NCBI GenBank assembly: GCA_018335035.1 | Contig: JAGXKT010000003.1 | Span: 14,623-78,622 of the forward strand | From: Phycisphaerae bacterium | Lineage (GTDB): Bacteria; Planctomycetota; Phycisphaerae; SM23-33 | DNA length: 64,000 nucleotides | Direction: 5' to 3' | Shown here: positions 20,225 through 30,427 of the stretch, piece by piece | Layout: each line of letters starts with the position of its first letter | Numbering within the stretch: the stretch's first letter is position 1 | Position numbers and translations under genes: made by a program | The notes under the pieces: model-generated | Seen by the model: the letters and a program-made list of their open reading frames with translations, nothing else | Database searches by the model: none | Told to the model about the DNA's origin: nothing

Positions 20225-21748
20225 CTAATGCGTCATCGCATAGGCCAGCAGGTTCACGCCGATCCGCAGCGCGTCCTCGGTCGCGTAGCCCCGCGCGAAG
20301 GCGAAGCCCAACTCCTCCCACCCGCTGGACAGCGATAGGGACGAGTAGATCACGGCCAATTGCCCGTCGATGGTGATGCCCTCCAGCATGGGCGCGGAGC
20401 GCTCGCCGTGCCGCGCCTCGGCGAGGCGCGTGTAGTCCACGCCGCGAATCTCGTATGGCATCCGGTATACCGGCGACTCGACAGGCAAAACGTCCAGCGA
20501 CCTGTCCGGCAGCACGCGGGCGATCTCGCGTCGGAAGGCGACGTCGAACGCCTTGCGCCCGGCCGCGGCGTCGACGATCAGCACGCCGCCGCTGTGGAGA
20601 TACCGCCGCAGGCGGGCGGTCTGCTCGTCGCTGAAGGCGAAGTCCCGCAGGCCCGTCATGTACAGCACGGGGTGGGCGAACACGTCCGCCTGGGCCGGGT
20701 CGAGCACCTTGCGCTTGAATTGCACGTTGAGCGTCGTGTTCCGCAGAACGTACTTCATCAGGTTCGGCAGCGCGTGCGGCGTGGGGTCCCAGTCGCCGCC
20801 GTGGACGAGCTGGGCGATGACGAGCTGGTCGCGCGTGTCGGCATCCTGCTGGTGGTAGACCTTCTGCGCCGACCACGCGCGGGCGTACTCGAAATTCGCC
20901 AGCGTCGTCGCCACGATGTTCACGCCCAGCTTGGCCGCGTCGTTCTGGTGATACAGCGTGCCGCCGGGGATGGGGTGCTTGACCACGTTCCAACCGCAGT
21001 TCAGGTCGATCGGCGAGAAGATCACGGCCGGGCGGCAGCCGAGGTAGACGGCCTCGAGGTACGGCTTCATCCGCTTGAAGGGCTCTGTGCCGCGGCGGAC
21101 GCGCATGCGGTCGATGGTGAAGTGCGCGTGCAGCAGGGGCGAGTCCGTATCGATCGGCGCCAGTTCGCGATGCGGCAGGAGCCGCGCGATCATCTTCCGC
21201 GCGGTGGTGACGAACGCCTCGCGTCCGCACTGGGCATGGACGACGAGTGTGCCGCCGTCGTAAAGATACCGCCGCAGGCGCGCCCGCATCGTCTCGCCGA
21301 GATCGGGCACGGGCGTCCAGCCGGTCAGGTACAGAAGCGGCAGCTCGCGGGGGTTCCACGAAAAGCCGCCCAGCGTGGTGGCCACGTACCGATACCGCAC
21401 GCCCAGGCGATTGTTCGCCACGCGCATGAGCCGCTCGATGTCGATCTGCGTGGTGGGAAACGCCGCCACGCGCCGGCGGCGCCCCTCGACGATCTCGAAC
21501 CGCTCGTTGGAGAAATTGATCATCCCCACCAGCGCCGGCGGCGCGGGCGGGCGCTTGCGCTCCGTGCGCCGCAACGGCGTCGCCGGAAGCGGCAGCGGCG
21601 GAACGCCCTCGGCCGCACTGCGACGGTGCGGCTTGGCACGCGGGGGCGCGTGGGCTTTGGGATTGTCCCACCCCGCGGCCGGGCGCGCAGCGCCGACAAG
21701 CGCGGCCCCCGTCATCACGACCGTCGCCACCCAGCGCGAAACGCTCAT
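20225..21748 (-). CDS. exported protein with two DUF4159 domains
   Basis: Signal peptide; two copies of P-LY-TG...LRRYL-GG-L...VI-S. GGAGG precedes the ATG at 21748. Confidence 0.8.
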   Translation of the reverse strand: MSVSRWVATVVMTGAALVGAARPAAGWDNPKAHAPPRAKPHRRSAAEGVPPLPLPATPLRRTERKRPPAPPALVGMINFSNERFEIVEGRRRRVAAFPTTQIDIERLMRVANNRLGVRYRYVATTLGGFSWNPRELPLLYLTGWTPVPDLGETMRARLRRYLYDGGTLVVHAQCGREAFVTTARKMIARLLPHRELAPIDTDSPLLHAHFTIDRMRVRRGTEPFKRMKPYLEAVYLGCRPAVIFSPIDLNCGWNVVKHPIPGGTLYHQNDAAKLGVNIVATTLANFEYARAWSAQKVYHQQDADTRDQLVIAQLVHGGDWDPTPHALPNLMKYVLRNTTLNVQFKRKVLDPAQADVFAHPVLYMTGLRDFAFSDEQTARLRRYLHSGGVLIVDAAAGRKAFDVAFRREIARVLPDRSLDVLPVESPVYRMPYEIRGVDYTRLAEARHGERSAPMLEGITIDGQLAVIYSSLSLSSGWEELGFAFARGYATEDALRIGVNLLAYAMTH

Positions 21749-21840
21749 ACCGAACCTCCGGGCGCGCGTGCTCGGCGCCCCGTGCATTGTATCGGCTCGC
21801 GGCGGCCACACAAACAGTGCCGTGAAGGCACCGGCGCACG

Positions 21841-22854
21841 TCAGCTCGGCGGCGCCGTCAGTTCCTCGATGCGCCGCCGGGCGGCGTCGTTTCGGCCGGG
21901 GTCTTCGGGATCCTCGGCGATCGATCGCCGGTAGAGTTCCACGGCCTTAGCGGGGTTGTGCAGGTGCAGGTCGTACATCAGCGCGGCATAGTATCGCACG
22001 GGTTTGGTGATATTCGGATCCCACTGCCAGGCCCGCTTGTACCAATGCACGCTTCGGACGTGCTCCTCGAAGTACTCCTTGTAGATCTCGGCGATGTAGT
22101 ACGCCGACATCGCGATCTTCGTGGACGTCGGGTACGTGCGGACGAGGTCCAGGAACTTCGCCAGCGCCTCGCGCTGCTTGTCATAGTCGGGGACGCCGGG
22201 GATCAAGCTGCCCATGTGATGCAGGTGTACGGCCTCGTCGTAGAGGGTATTGGCCGCGGGAATCACCTCGGTGGGCTTGAGGTCCGGTCCCGGAATCTCG
22301 GCATCCAGGAAGTACAGGTACGTCCGAACCGGGTCAAACCGCTCGCGAACGTTGCGCACGCGGCGCGCCTTGTACCCGGCCGGGTCGCGCGAGCCATAGA
22401 AGGCGATCAACTCGTCCAGCGCTTCGCGCCACTGCTCGCGCGCCGCGACGACCAGCTCCACCAGCGCCTGGGCGTCGGCGCCTTCGACGGACTCGCCGGC
22501 AGGCGGGGTAATCTCGGGAATCCCCTCCCAATGGAACGTTTGCGCCTCACGAAGGTTCTTCAGCTCCCGTCCCGCCCAAATCCACCGGTCCACGTTCCCG
22601 CGCTCGTGGAAGAAGGTCTCCAGCACCTCCAGGCGGTAGGCATAGTTGACGCGGGCCCTCTCCAGCGCGACGACCGCCTGACGCTCGGCCTCGTTGCCGG
22701 GCGGTACGGTCAGCACGTCGGGCACTTCCCAGTCGGCCGTCCGGGGTGGACCGGCTTTCCAATCGCAGCCGACAAGCGCAGCGCCCGACAGCATCCCGCC
22801 GATTGCGGCAGTCAACAGCAGCATCCGCATCGCACCCGTGTGGTCGCGTTTCAT
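21841..22854 (-). CDS. TPR-containing lipoprotein
   Basis: Lipobox ALVGC; C-terminal TPRs (YPTSTKIAMSAYYIAEIY...AVELYRR). Start uncertain (22854 or 22830). Confidence 0.7.
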   Translation of the reverse strand: MKRDHTGAMRMLLLTAAIGGMLSGAALVGCDWKAGPPRTADWEVPDVLTVPPGNEAERQAVVALERARVNYAYRLEVLETFFHERGNVDRWIWAGRELKNLREAQTFHWEGIPEITPPAGESVEGADAQALVELVVAAREQWREALDELIAFYGSRDPAGYKARRVRNVRERFDPVRTYLYFLDAEIPGPDLKPTEVIPAANTLYDEAVHLHHMGSLIPGVPDYDKQREALAKFLDLVRTYPTSTKIAMSAYYIAEIYKEYFEEHVRSVHWYKRAWQWDPNITKPVRYYAALMYDLHLHNPAKAVELYRRSIAEDPEDPGRNDAARRRIEELTAPPS

Positions 22855-23118
22855 CGCAGCGCTCCTTCGAGACCGTCTCTGGGCCTTTCTCTCGGCCGCT
22901 CGCATCGACCGTTCCCACGAGGGAAAATGGCTCGGTTTCCGCGGACCGTTCACCTCCCGGTCCACGACGGCGCATTATGCCCCCCGCCACCCTCGCCTGC
23001 AAGGGCCCGACAGCGCCGATCAGCACAGCCGCGCCGCCTGTGCTGAGCATGGGCGCCGCCAGCACGTGCCGCCCGAACGCCTGCCCCCCTGCTTGCCGAC
23101 GGCTGCGCCGCGAGCTCG

Positions 23119-23165
23119 CACGGCCAGGATGACCGTGATACACACGGGCAAGATGACCGTCCCAC
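23119..23165 (+). repeat. REP-like doublet
   Basis: CACGGCCAGGATGACCGTG-ATAC-ACACGGGCAAGATGACCGT-CCCAC; homologous to 61092-61138. Confidence 0.6.
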
Positions 23166-23173
23166 AAGCGCGG

Positions 23174-23770
23174 TCAGTTGTTCGACCGCTCAAAATGGAC
23201 GAAGTCGATCAGGAACACCGCGCCCAGCAGCCGGCTCTTCGAGCCGGTCTCCAGCGAGGAAGGAAGCGACACCGCGAAGTTGTCCGCCTTCGTGAACATC
23301 TCCTTGCCGAGACCGGACCATTTCTTGGACACCTTGCCGAACGTCTCGCCGTCGCGGCGAATCTCGAACGTCCAGGGATGCAGGATCGGCCCGAAGAGCT
23401 GCTCGGCCTCGCGCCCGCCCTCGTCATAGACGGTGTACAGCCGCCGCAGCCACGACCAGCGCCGCTTGATCGTGCCCAGCAGCGCGCCGGACCCGTCGCG
23501 AATCTCCGCCTCGTGAAAGTAGAAGCGAAACGGGCGGCGGACCTGAAGCACCTGTTGCTGCTGCGCGTCGAGGATGTGAATCGTCCAGGCCCGCTGCGAC
23601 TTGAGAAACAGCCGCCCGACCGTCGAGCCGCCGACCTCCGCGGCGTAGTACAGCTCCCGCCCCTCAGGGTCCGTAATGACGTACCGGTTGCGACATTCGA
23701 ACCCGGTGAGAATCTCGCCCCACTCCTTCTTCTGACGCACGACATAGGTTTCCATCGCGCCGTCGCTCAT
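23174..23770 (-). CDS. phospholipid scramblase / LURP-one family protein
   Basis: VRQKKEWGEILTGFE..NRY, RPFRF, SKKWSGLGKEMFTKADNF, LLGAVFLIDF..FE. Confidence 0.85.
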   Translation of the reverse strand: MSDGAMETYVVRQKKEWGEILTGFECRNRYVITDPEGRELYYAAEVGGSTVGRLFLKSQRAWTIHILDAQQQQVLQVRRPFRFYFHEAEIRDGSGALLGTIKRRWSWLRRLYTVYDEGGREAEQLFGPILHPWTFEIRRDGETFGKVSKKWSGLGKEMFTKADNFAVSLPSSLETGSKSRLLGAVFLIDFVHFERSNN

Positions 23771-23869
23771 GAGTTGTCTCCCGTCGCCCGTGGCGGCCCA
23801 GCCATGAACATACACCGATCCGGCTGAGACGTACAGGACCAACGCCGTTATGCAGAAAAGGGACCGTGG

Positions 23870-24826
23870 CTACTTCTCTGCCAGGGGATGCGAGCGTTCG
23901 TAGACTTCCTTGAGCCGTCGGGTCGTCAGGTGGGTGTAGACCTGCGTGGTGGACAAGCTGGCGTGCCCGAGCATCTCCTGGACGCTGCGAAGGTCCGCTC
24001 CGGCGTTGAGCATGTGCGTGGCGAAGCTATGCCGCAACGTGTGCGGGCTGATGTGCCCGGCGATGCCGGCCTGCTGGATGTACTTGTCGAGCCGGCGACG
24101 GACCGAGCGCGCCGACAGCCGCGTGCCCGCCTTGTTGACGAACAACGCCCCCCGGCGAGGCCGGCCGCGCATCTCGATGTACCGGCCCAGCGCCGTAACC
24201 GCCGGACCGCCCAGCGGCGCCAGCCGCTCCTTGCGCCCCTTGCCCCGTATCCGCAGCGCCTCGGAGAATTCCTCGAGATCCTCGACGTTCAGCGCGGTCA
24301 ACTCGCTGATGCGCAGCCCGGCCGAGTAGATCGTCTCCAGAATCGCCCGATCGCGCGCGCCCAGCAGCGTGTCGGTATCCGGCGCGACCAGCAGCGCCTT
24401 GATTTCGCCGACGTCCATGCAGCGCGGAAGCCGTTTGTCCTGCCGCGGCGTGCGGATGACACTGACCGGAGAGGCCTCCACGCGACCGACCCGCGCGAGA
24501 TACTTGTAGAAGCTCCGCAACGTCGCCAGCTTGCGCGCAACCGTGGTCTTGGAATATCCGCTCGTCCGCATCATCGCCAGCTGCGCGCGGACGTCGGCCG
24601 GCGTGACCTCCAGCAGCTTGCGCTCGACGGACCTGGCGTCGATCTCGTCGGGGGCGACAAGATCGTCGACCGTCAGTTCCGCGCCGGGCGCGCTGCAGGC
24701 GCGCGTCTGAAGAAAGCGTACGAACTGCTCAAGATCCGCCCCGTAGCACCGAATCGTGTGTGCCGAGAAGTTCCGCTCGGCCTGGAGATACTCCATAAAC
24801 TGCTTAACGGAGTCAGGTCGCGGCAT
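23870..24826 (-). CDS. xerC: tyrosine recombinase XerC
   Basis: ERNFSAHTIRCY, RKLATLRSFY, YSAGLRISEL, GKGRKER, HTLRHSFATH, LGHASLSTTQVY. Confidence 0.9.
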   Translation of the reverse strand: MPRPDSVKQFMEYLQAERNFSAHTIRCYGADLEQFVRFLQTRACSAPGAELTVDDLVAPDEIDARSVERKLLEVTPADVRAQLAMMRTSGYSKTTVARKLATLRSFYKYLARVGRVEASPVSVIRTPRQDKRLPRCMDVGEIKALLVAPDTDTLLGARDRAILETIYSAGLRISELTALNVEDLEEFSEALRIRGKGRKERLAPLGGPAVTALGRYIEMRGRPRRGALFVNKAGTRLSARSVRRRLDKYIQQAGIAGHISPHTLRHSFATHMLNAGADLRSVQEMLGHASLSTTQVYTHLTTRRLKEVYERSHPLAEK

Positions 24827-24861
24827 GAGGCCTCCTTGCCTGCGTCAATGCGGGTCCCGGT

Positions 24862-25092
24862 CTACTGAGGATTGGCATGCGAAGCGACGGGCACGCCCAC
24901 ACCGTTCTCGGCAACCGTGCGCGCCACTTCAAAACTGATCGCCGCCGCGTCCAGCCAGTCCAGCGGGCAGTTGCGGTCCTCGGCCTGGCTCATCACCGCG
25001 TCGATAAGTTCCGCTTCGCCATTCGCCTCACAGCGAAAGACGTACGTGTGACCGCTCTTGACACGACTGACTGTGCGATATTCCATGACCAT
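24862..25092 (-). CDS. small hypothetical protein
   Basis: 76 aa, 'K-GHTYVFR...ELIDAV...LDWLDAAAIS'; AAGAGGG upstream; co-oriented with xerC. Confidence 0.6.
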   Translation of the reverse strand: MVMEYRTVSRVKSGHTYVFRCEANGEAELIDAVMSQAEDRNCPLDWLDAAAISFEVARTVAENGVGVPVASHANPQ

Positions 25093-25278
25093 ACCCTCTT
25101 TTCGTCAACGAGCCCGCGTCGAACCCGCCCGCACTGCTCACGTCGCGCGGCCGTGCCTCCTCATCCTGTGTTTCTATCGGATTCAACCGGCGATCCCTGC
25201 AGTTAATGCGTCCCACAATGTGATATACTCCTGCGTACGCAACGGACGGTCCTACCGGGGCCTACGCGCCAACCACAC

Positions 25279-26061
25279 ATGTATCCGGGCCAGAACATGC
25301 CCCGAGACCCGAACGACACCGACATCAACAGCATACGCATGCCCCTCGGTGAGCACCTGGAGGAACTCCGCCGGCGGCTGATCCGGGCCCTGCTCGGGCT
25401 CGTCGTCGGCGTCGGCGTGGCGCTGGCGTTCACGAACACGTTCCTCGACGCCCTCGAGCACTCCTACGCGAAGGTCATGCAGGAAACCGGGCAAGATCCC
25501 CGCCTGGCCGCACACGCCGCCACCGCCGGGATCATCATCTACTGCGGCGTTGCGCTGGTCGCGGGCCTCGTCATCGCCTCGCCGTGGATCCTCTACCAGC
25601 TCTGGATGTTCGTCGCGGCCGGGCTGTACCACCGCGAACGCCGCATGATTCTCTCGGCCGTGCCGGCATCCGTGCTGCTGTTCGCTGGTGGCGCGGCCTT
25701 CTTCCTACTGGTCGCGTCGATGCCGCTGATCCGCTTCCTCGTGGCGTTCAACGAGTGGATGGGCCTCCGATCCGTCATCATGCTCAACGAGCACATCCGC
25801 TTCATGACGCGGATGCTGCTGGTGTTCGGCCTGGCGTTTCAGACCCCCCTGGTGGTGTTCGTGCTGGTCCGCACCGGGCTGGTGCGCCGGCGGGCGATGC
25901 ACCACTACCGCAAACACGTGATCGTCGGCATGCTCGTCCTGGCAGCCGTGGCGACCTCGCCGAGCGTGGTCGATCAGATCGCGCTGGCCGTGCCGATGTG
26001 GCTTCTGTATGAACTGGGCATCGCGTTGACGTACGTGTTTCCCCCGCGCCGCGTCACGTAG
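25279..26061 (+). CDS. tatC: twin-arginine translocase subunit TatC
   Basis: MPLGEHLEELRRRL, SPWILYQLWMFVAAGLY-RER, FGLAFQTP, LYELGI. Extended -10 TGaTATACT at 25221-25229. Confidence 0.95.
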   Translation: MYPGQNMPRDPNDTDINSIRMPLGEHLEELRRRLIRALLGLVVGVGVALAFTNTFLDALEHSYAKVMQETGQDPRLAAHAATAGIIIYCGVALVAGLVIASPWILYQLWMFVAAGLYHRERRMILSAVPASVLLFAGGAAFFLLVASMPLIRFLVAFNEWMGLRSVIMLNEHIRFMTRMLLVFGLAFQTPLVVFVLVRTGLVRRRAMHHYRKHVIVGMLVLAAVATSPSVVDQIALAVPMWLLYELGIALTYVFPPRRVT

Positions 26062-26332
26062 AATCATTCTTGTGCGGGTCGGACCCGCTGTCGCCGCTCG
26101 TCCGGCCGCCATCCTGCCGCCCGCTCGGTTCGTCCTCGTCGCCGTCTGAGCCCAGCCCGGCGTCCTTCTTGACGCCTTTCAACTCGTTCTTGAACTCCCG
26201 CAACCCGCGCCCGAGGCCGCGCGCCAGCTCCGGCAGCTTCCGGCCGCCGAACAGGATCAGCAGAGCCACCAGAACGATGACGATCTCTTTCGGGCCGATC
26301 ATCGCCAGGGGCATGTGAGTGTCGCAGAGCAT
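26054..26332 (-). CDS. tatA: twin-arginine translocase subunit TatA
   Basis: IGPKEIVIVLVALLILFGGRKLPELARGLGRGLREFK, at the C-terminal end of the listed 499-aa shadow ORF. Extended -10 TGtTACAAT upstream; start may be 26314. Confidence 0.92.
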   Translation of the reverse strand: MLCDTHMPLAMIGPKEIVIVLVALLILFGGRKLPELARGLGRGLREFKNELKGVKKDAGLGSDGDEDEPSGRQDGGRTSGDSGSDPHKNDST

Positions 26333-26530
26333 AGTGATTTTCCTCGACCCGCAGCGCCGCTGTGAATTGTAACAACGCTCCGGGCGCCGCGGCACGCCAA
26401 AAATCGCCCGCCGTAGCCGCGGCTGGTGCGAACGCATTTGCCGCCCGAGCCCGTTTTGCGATAGAATGCGCGGCTCGATATGCCGCATGAACCTGCCCCG
26501 TCCGTGCGGGCACAGCGATAAGGTGAGACA

Positions 26531-27529
26531 ATGGCCCCGAACGTAGCGATCATGGGCGCCACCGGCGCCGTCGGTAGCGAGTTTCTGAAGATTCTCGAAC
26601 AGCGGGACTTCCCGCTGGCGTCGCTGAAGGTGCTGGCCTCCAGCCGGTCGGCCGGCAAGACGCTGCCCTTTCGCGGCGACGAGCTGACCGTCGAGGAACT
26701 CGGCGAGGACAGCTTCGACGGCGTGGACCTGGTGCTCTCCTCGGCGGGGGGAAGCTTGTCCAAGAAGTTCGCCCCCATCGCCGTCGCCGCCGGCGCGGTG
26801 GTGGTCGATAACACCTCCGCCTTCCGCATGGACCCCGAGACGCCGTTGGTCATCCCGGAAGTCAACGCCGACGACGTCAGCACGCACAAAGGCATCATCG
26901 CCAACCCGAATTGCTCGACGATCATCATGAACGTCCCCGTCTGGCCGCTGCACAAGGTCAATCCCATTCGGCGTATCGTCGTAAGCACCTACCAGGCCGC
27001 CAGCGGCGCCGGCGCCGCGGCGATGCAGGAACTCCGCGACGGCGCCAAGGCCTTCCTGACCGGCGAGCCCTTCGAACCCCAGGCCCTGCCCCACCCGGCC
27101 GCCTTTAACGTCTTCTGCCACGACAGCGAGGTCGGCGAGGACGGGTACAACCTCGAAGAGCGCAAGATGTGGCGCGAGACGCGCAAAATCTTCCACTGCG
27201 AGGACATTGCCGTCACGGCCACCTGCGTCCGCGTGCCGGTCCTGCGGGCTCACAGCGAGGCGATCAACCTCGAATTCGCCGAACCGATCACCGAACAGCA
27301 GGTCTGCGACATCCTTGCCGCCGCGCGCGGCGTCAAGATCGTCGACGACCGCACGTCGAGCCATTTCCCAATGCCCATCGAGGCGTCCGAGCGCGACGAG
27401 ATCCTCGTCGGTCGCATCCGCCAAGACGTTTCGCGCCCGGACGGGCGCGGCATCGACCTGTTCGTCAGCGGCGACCAGATCCGGAAGGGCGCAGCGCTCA
27501 ACGCGGTCCAGATCGCCGAGCTGCTGTGA
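26531..27529 (+). CDS. asd: aspartate-semialdehyde dehydrogenase
   Basis: GATGAVG, DNTSAFRM, ANPNCST, STYQAASGAG, CVRVPV-RAHSE, IRKGAALNAVQIAE. Confidence 0.97.
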   Translation: MAPNVAIMGATGAVGSEFLKILEQRDFPLASLKVLASSRSAGKTLPFRGDELTVEELGEDSFDGVDLVLSSAGGSLSKKFAPIAVAAGAVVVDNTSAFRMDPETPLVIPEVNADDVSTHKGIIANPNCSTIIMNVPVWPLHKVNPIRRIVVSTYQAASGAGAAAMQELRDGAKAFLTGEPFEPQALPHPAAFNVFCHDSEVGEDGYNLEERKMWRETRKIFHCEDIAVTATCVRVPVLRAHSEAINLEFAEPITEQQVCDILAAARGVKIVDDRTSSHFPMPIEASERDEILVGRIRQDVSRPDGRGIDLFVSGDQIRKGAALNAVQIAELL

Positions 27530-27681
27530 CCCCGGAGCGATCCAGCGGAACAATCGCGCCCCGCGAGCGTCTCATCCGATGATGATGCCGCCCCGCGGCG
27601 AGGCCCATTTCCTTGACGCGGCCGGCAAGGATGCGAACAATGGTAACTGCGCCGCGACGCGGCGGCGGGGAGTACAGCGTC

Positions 27682-29364
27682 ATGCACGAGCACGGACTCA
27701 TTCGATGCGCGCTGGCGGCGATGGTTCTGGCCGCGTGCTGTGCCGGCGCCGCGGCGGATACGCCGCCGGAGGCGCCCGACGAGGACGGCGGCGCACTGAT
27801 CGAGCAGATGTACGGCAGGGACATCGCCGACGCCCGCAGGACGAGCGATCCGGAAGACGATCTGGCGATCATCAAGTTGCTGTTTGCCGCCTCCCGCGAA
27901 GACAAGAACAGCCAGTCGCTGCGCCTGGCGGCGATACGCACCGCCCTGGACCTGTTGGCGCCGCTGCATACGAACGATGCAGCCGACCTGATCGCCGAGG
28001 CCCTTACGGCGCTGCAGACCATGAGCGATCTGTCCGCCTGCGAGCAGGCCAAGCTGCGCCGCGACGTGCTGGACGCCCGCTATCGCGCGTTTCGCCGCCG
28101 GGATACCCCCAGGGCGGACGTCGAGGAGGCCGCTACCGACCTGGCCGAAGCGCATTTGGACTTCGCCGCGCTCGTCGTTGCCGAGAACAACTCGGACGAG
28201 TTTCTCGAGGCCGACCGGTCGCTGAGGACCGCGCGGAATCTGATCGCCAACCTCCGGCTGACGCGCCTCGCGGGGCGCCAGCGGCAACTGACCGACACGC
28301 TGCAACGGGCGCGGCGGCGCGCGCAACGGTTCCGTGATGCGCGCAAGCGACTCAAGCAGGCACAGCAGGCCGGCGCCCTCGGTGCCATCAACCGCGCCCG
28401 GACCCAGTTGGCGCGGCTTTACCTGCAGTTTGACGGCGACCTGCTCGCGGCCGGCGAACACATCCGCGGCACGGGCGACCCGCTCGAAGCCCCCGTCGTC
28501 GATGCGGCCGCGTTTCTGTTGAACCCCGCCAAGCTGAATGCGGATACGTGTCTCGATACGATCGATGCGCTGAGCACGTTCGCCAAGGAACTGGACGACG
28601 CGCCCAAGCAGGTCCTGTGCGACGGCCTGTATGAGATGTGCACGGCCTACCTGGCGACCGAACCCAAAGGCCCCGACGCGACACGGGCACGGTTGCGACT
28701 GGCCGAGCTCGGCGCCATCCTGAAGCTTCGGGAAGATGAGAAGTTCCTCAACGCGCTCTCCGAGCGCTACGGCGGCCTGCACGGCGAGATGACCGTCATC
28801 GGCAAAGGACGCGTGCGGTTCACCTACGATTTCAAGGCCGACGAACAGGCCGAGGACTGGAGCGTCGACAACGGCACATGGGGGGTCGCCGGCGGCACAC
28901 TGGCGTGCAGGACGGGCCGCGGGAACGGCGCGGTGGCTCACAAGGTACGTTTCCGCACGGATCGCCCGTTCCTGCTTCGATTCAAGGCGCGCGCCGCGTA
29001 CGCCATCCAGGCGCGTCTGCCGCAGTACGTCGCCGGTGCCACCGACGCGTCCTACCTGAATTACCTGAATTTCTATCGCCACAGAACGTATGCGCGCGCC
29101 TTCGGCGCGTACACGCGGCAGAGCGGCATGGCGCTCAAACCGGGCCAGTCCTATGTCATCGAGGCCGAATGCGATGGAAAAGGATCGATGAGCTGGTCGA
29201 TCAACGACCGGACGGTCATCAAGGCCGACAGCGCGGAGAGCTTCAAGAAGTTCCGCAAGAGCCCCATGGGCGTTCATCTGTCCACCCGCTACACCAAAAA
29301 GCGCGCCACGAGCTTTGACGACGTCGTCATCGAAGGCACACCCGTCATGCCGGACGAGGAGTGA
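27682..29364 (+). CDS. exported protein, helical N-terminus plus beta-sandwich (lectin/ConA-like) C-terminus
   Basis: Signal peptide ..AGAAA; C-terminal YDF...W.V..G.W...SFDDVVIEG. Confidence 0.65.
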   Translation: MHEHGLIRCALAAMVLAACCAGAAADTPPEAPDEDGGALIEQMYGRDIADARRTSDPEDDLAIIKLLFAASREDKNSQSLRLAAIRTALDLLAPLHTNDAADLIAEALTALQTMSDLSACEQAKLRRDVLDARYRAFRRRDTPRADVEEAATDLAEAHLDFAALVVAENNSDEFLEADRSLRTARNLIANLRLTRLAGRQRQLTDTLQRARRRAQRFRDARKRLKQAQQAGALGAINRARTQLARLYLQFDGDLLAAGEHIRGTGDPLEAPVVDAAAFLLNPAKLNADTCLDTIDALSTFAKELDDAPKQVLCDGLYEMCTAYLATEPKGPDATRARLRLAELGAILKLREDEKFLNALSERYGGLHGEMTVIGKGRVRFTYDFKADEQAEDWSVDNGTWGVAGGTLACRTGRGNGAVAHKVRFRTDRPFLLRFKARAAYAIQARLPQYVAGATDASYLNYLNFYRHRTYARAFGAYTRQSGMALKPGQSYVIEAECDGKGSMSWSINDRTVIKADSAESFKKFRKSPMGVHLSTRYTKKRATSFDDVVIEGTPVMPDEE

Positions 29365-29445
29365 CGCTTTCCATCGGCCTGCGGCGACGGTAGACTGTAT
29401 CCGTCATAGACATCCGCGCCGGTGCGCGGATCGCGAGGCCCGCCC

Positions 29446-29964
29446 ATGGCCAAGCTGCTGACCGATCCCGAGTACGCCGTCCGCGGGCGGCTGGTCGCCG
29501 TGGACAACAGCGGCGCCGTCGGCCCGTTGTTTACCCTCCGCATCCCCCCGAATACAGCCGATGTGCAGCGCCCGGCCAGCTACCTCGACTTCCGCCTGCT
29601 GGACACGAACCGCAAGACGCTGCAGAAGCGCATCGCCCTCGATGACGAGCTGGACGTGGTCATCCACGCCGCCGCGGCCACGGTGGACGCCGGCACGCAG
29701 CGCGAGCCGACGTTCCGCCTGCGTCCGGTCAGCCGATCGCAGCAGATCCCCTACTGCCGACGCATCTTCGAGTCGCTCAGCCCCATCAACGGCAAGGTCG
29801 TCGCCAACGACGAACACCATACGATCGTCGTCGACGCCGGCGTGCCGGTTGTCGTGACCTTGCTGGGCCACACGCCCACACGCACGCGACAGGTCAAGGT
29901 CAACGCGTGGGTAACGTTCTGGCCCTGCCCGCCGACGCACGGGGTCGTGCTGGGCAAGGCCTGA
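29446..29964 (+). CDS. hypothetical protein
   Basis: GC3-biased ORF, GAGG upstream; no family recognised. Confidence 0.65.
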   Translation: MAKLLTDPEYAVRGRLVAVDNSGAVGPLFTLRIPPNTADVQRPASYLDFRLLDTNRKTLQKRIALDDELDVVIHAAAATVDAGTQREPTFRLRPVSRSQQIPYCRRIFESLSPINGKVVANDEHHTIVVDAGVPVVVTLLGHTPTRTRQVKVNAWVTFWPCPPTHGVVLGKA

Positions 29965-29998
29965 CCGGCGCGACGCGCTGCCGCAACGCGACAGCCGC

Positions 29999-30026
29999 TT
30001 GACCACGCGCCGGCAATGCGTACAAT
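29999..30026 (+). promoter_or_regulatory. tRNA-Lys promoter
   Basis: TTGACC-N16-TACAAT. Confidence 0.5.
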
Positions 30027-30073
30027 ACGCCTCATCAGGCGCCGCGCCACGCCGTGCGCGGCGCCGCGACGTT

Positions 30074-30146
<73 letters not shown>

Positions 30147-30147
30147 G

Positions 30148-30191
30148 AAGACAAGCCCCCGCGAGTCAATGACTTGCGGGGGCTTTGTCTT
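30148..30191 (+). terminator. long hairpin after tRNA-Lys
   Basis: AAGACAAGCCCCCGCGAGTCA-A-TGACTTGCGGGGGCTTTGTCTT. Confidence 0.7.
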
Positions 30192-30311
30192 GCAGGACAG
30201 CCGTACAGGCGGCACCCGTCCATCCGATCTCCTTCGCGCTGGGAAACCGGACAGGTCTACTCGTTTAGAACCGCACAGTACTATGCATGTACGACAAACA
30301 CACGCCTTCCG

Positions 30312-30340
30312 TTGTCGCCGCGCGGGTTGGCGTGTATAGT
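30312..30340 (+). promoter_or_regulatory. carB promoter
   Basis: TTGTCG-N17-TATAGT. Confidence 0.45.
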
Positions 30341-30427
30341 ACCCGGCCGATGCGCCGCGGGTGCATCGGCTGACGCGGGCGACCGCGCCCGCACGAAACG
30401 ACCCGCTATCGCTACGGACCTGCCCCC

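Noticed and set aside
23870-24826. xerC as a prophage or island integrase
   Set aside because: Housekeeping XerC signature and core-gene neighbours, with no att sites or cargo genes.
25201-25232. dif-like site near xerC
   Set aside because: No XerD arm (TTATGTTAAAT-like); better explained as the tatC extended -10.
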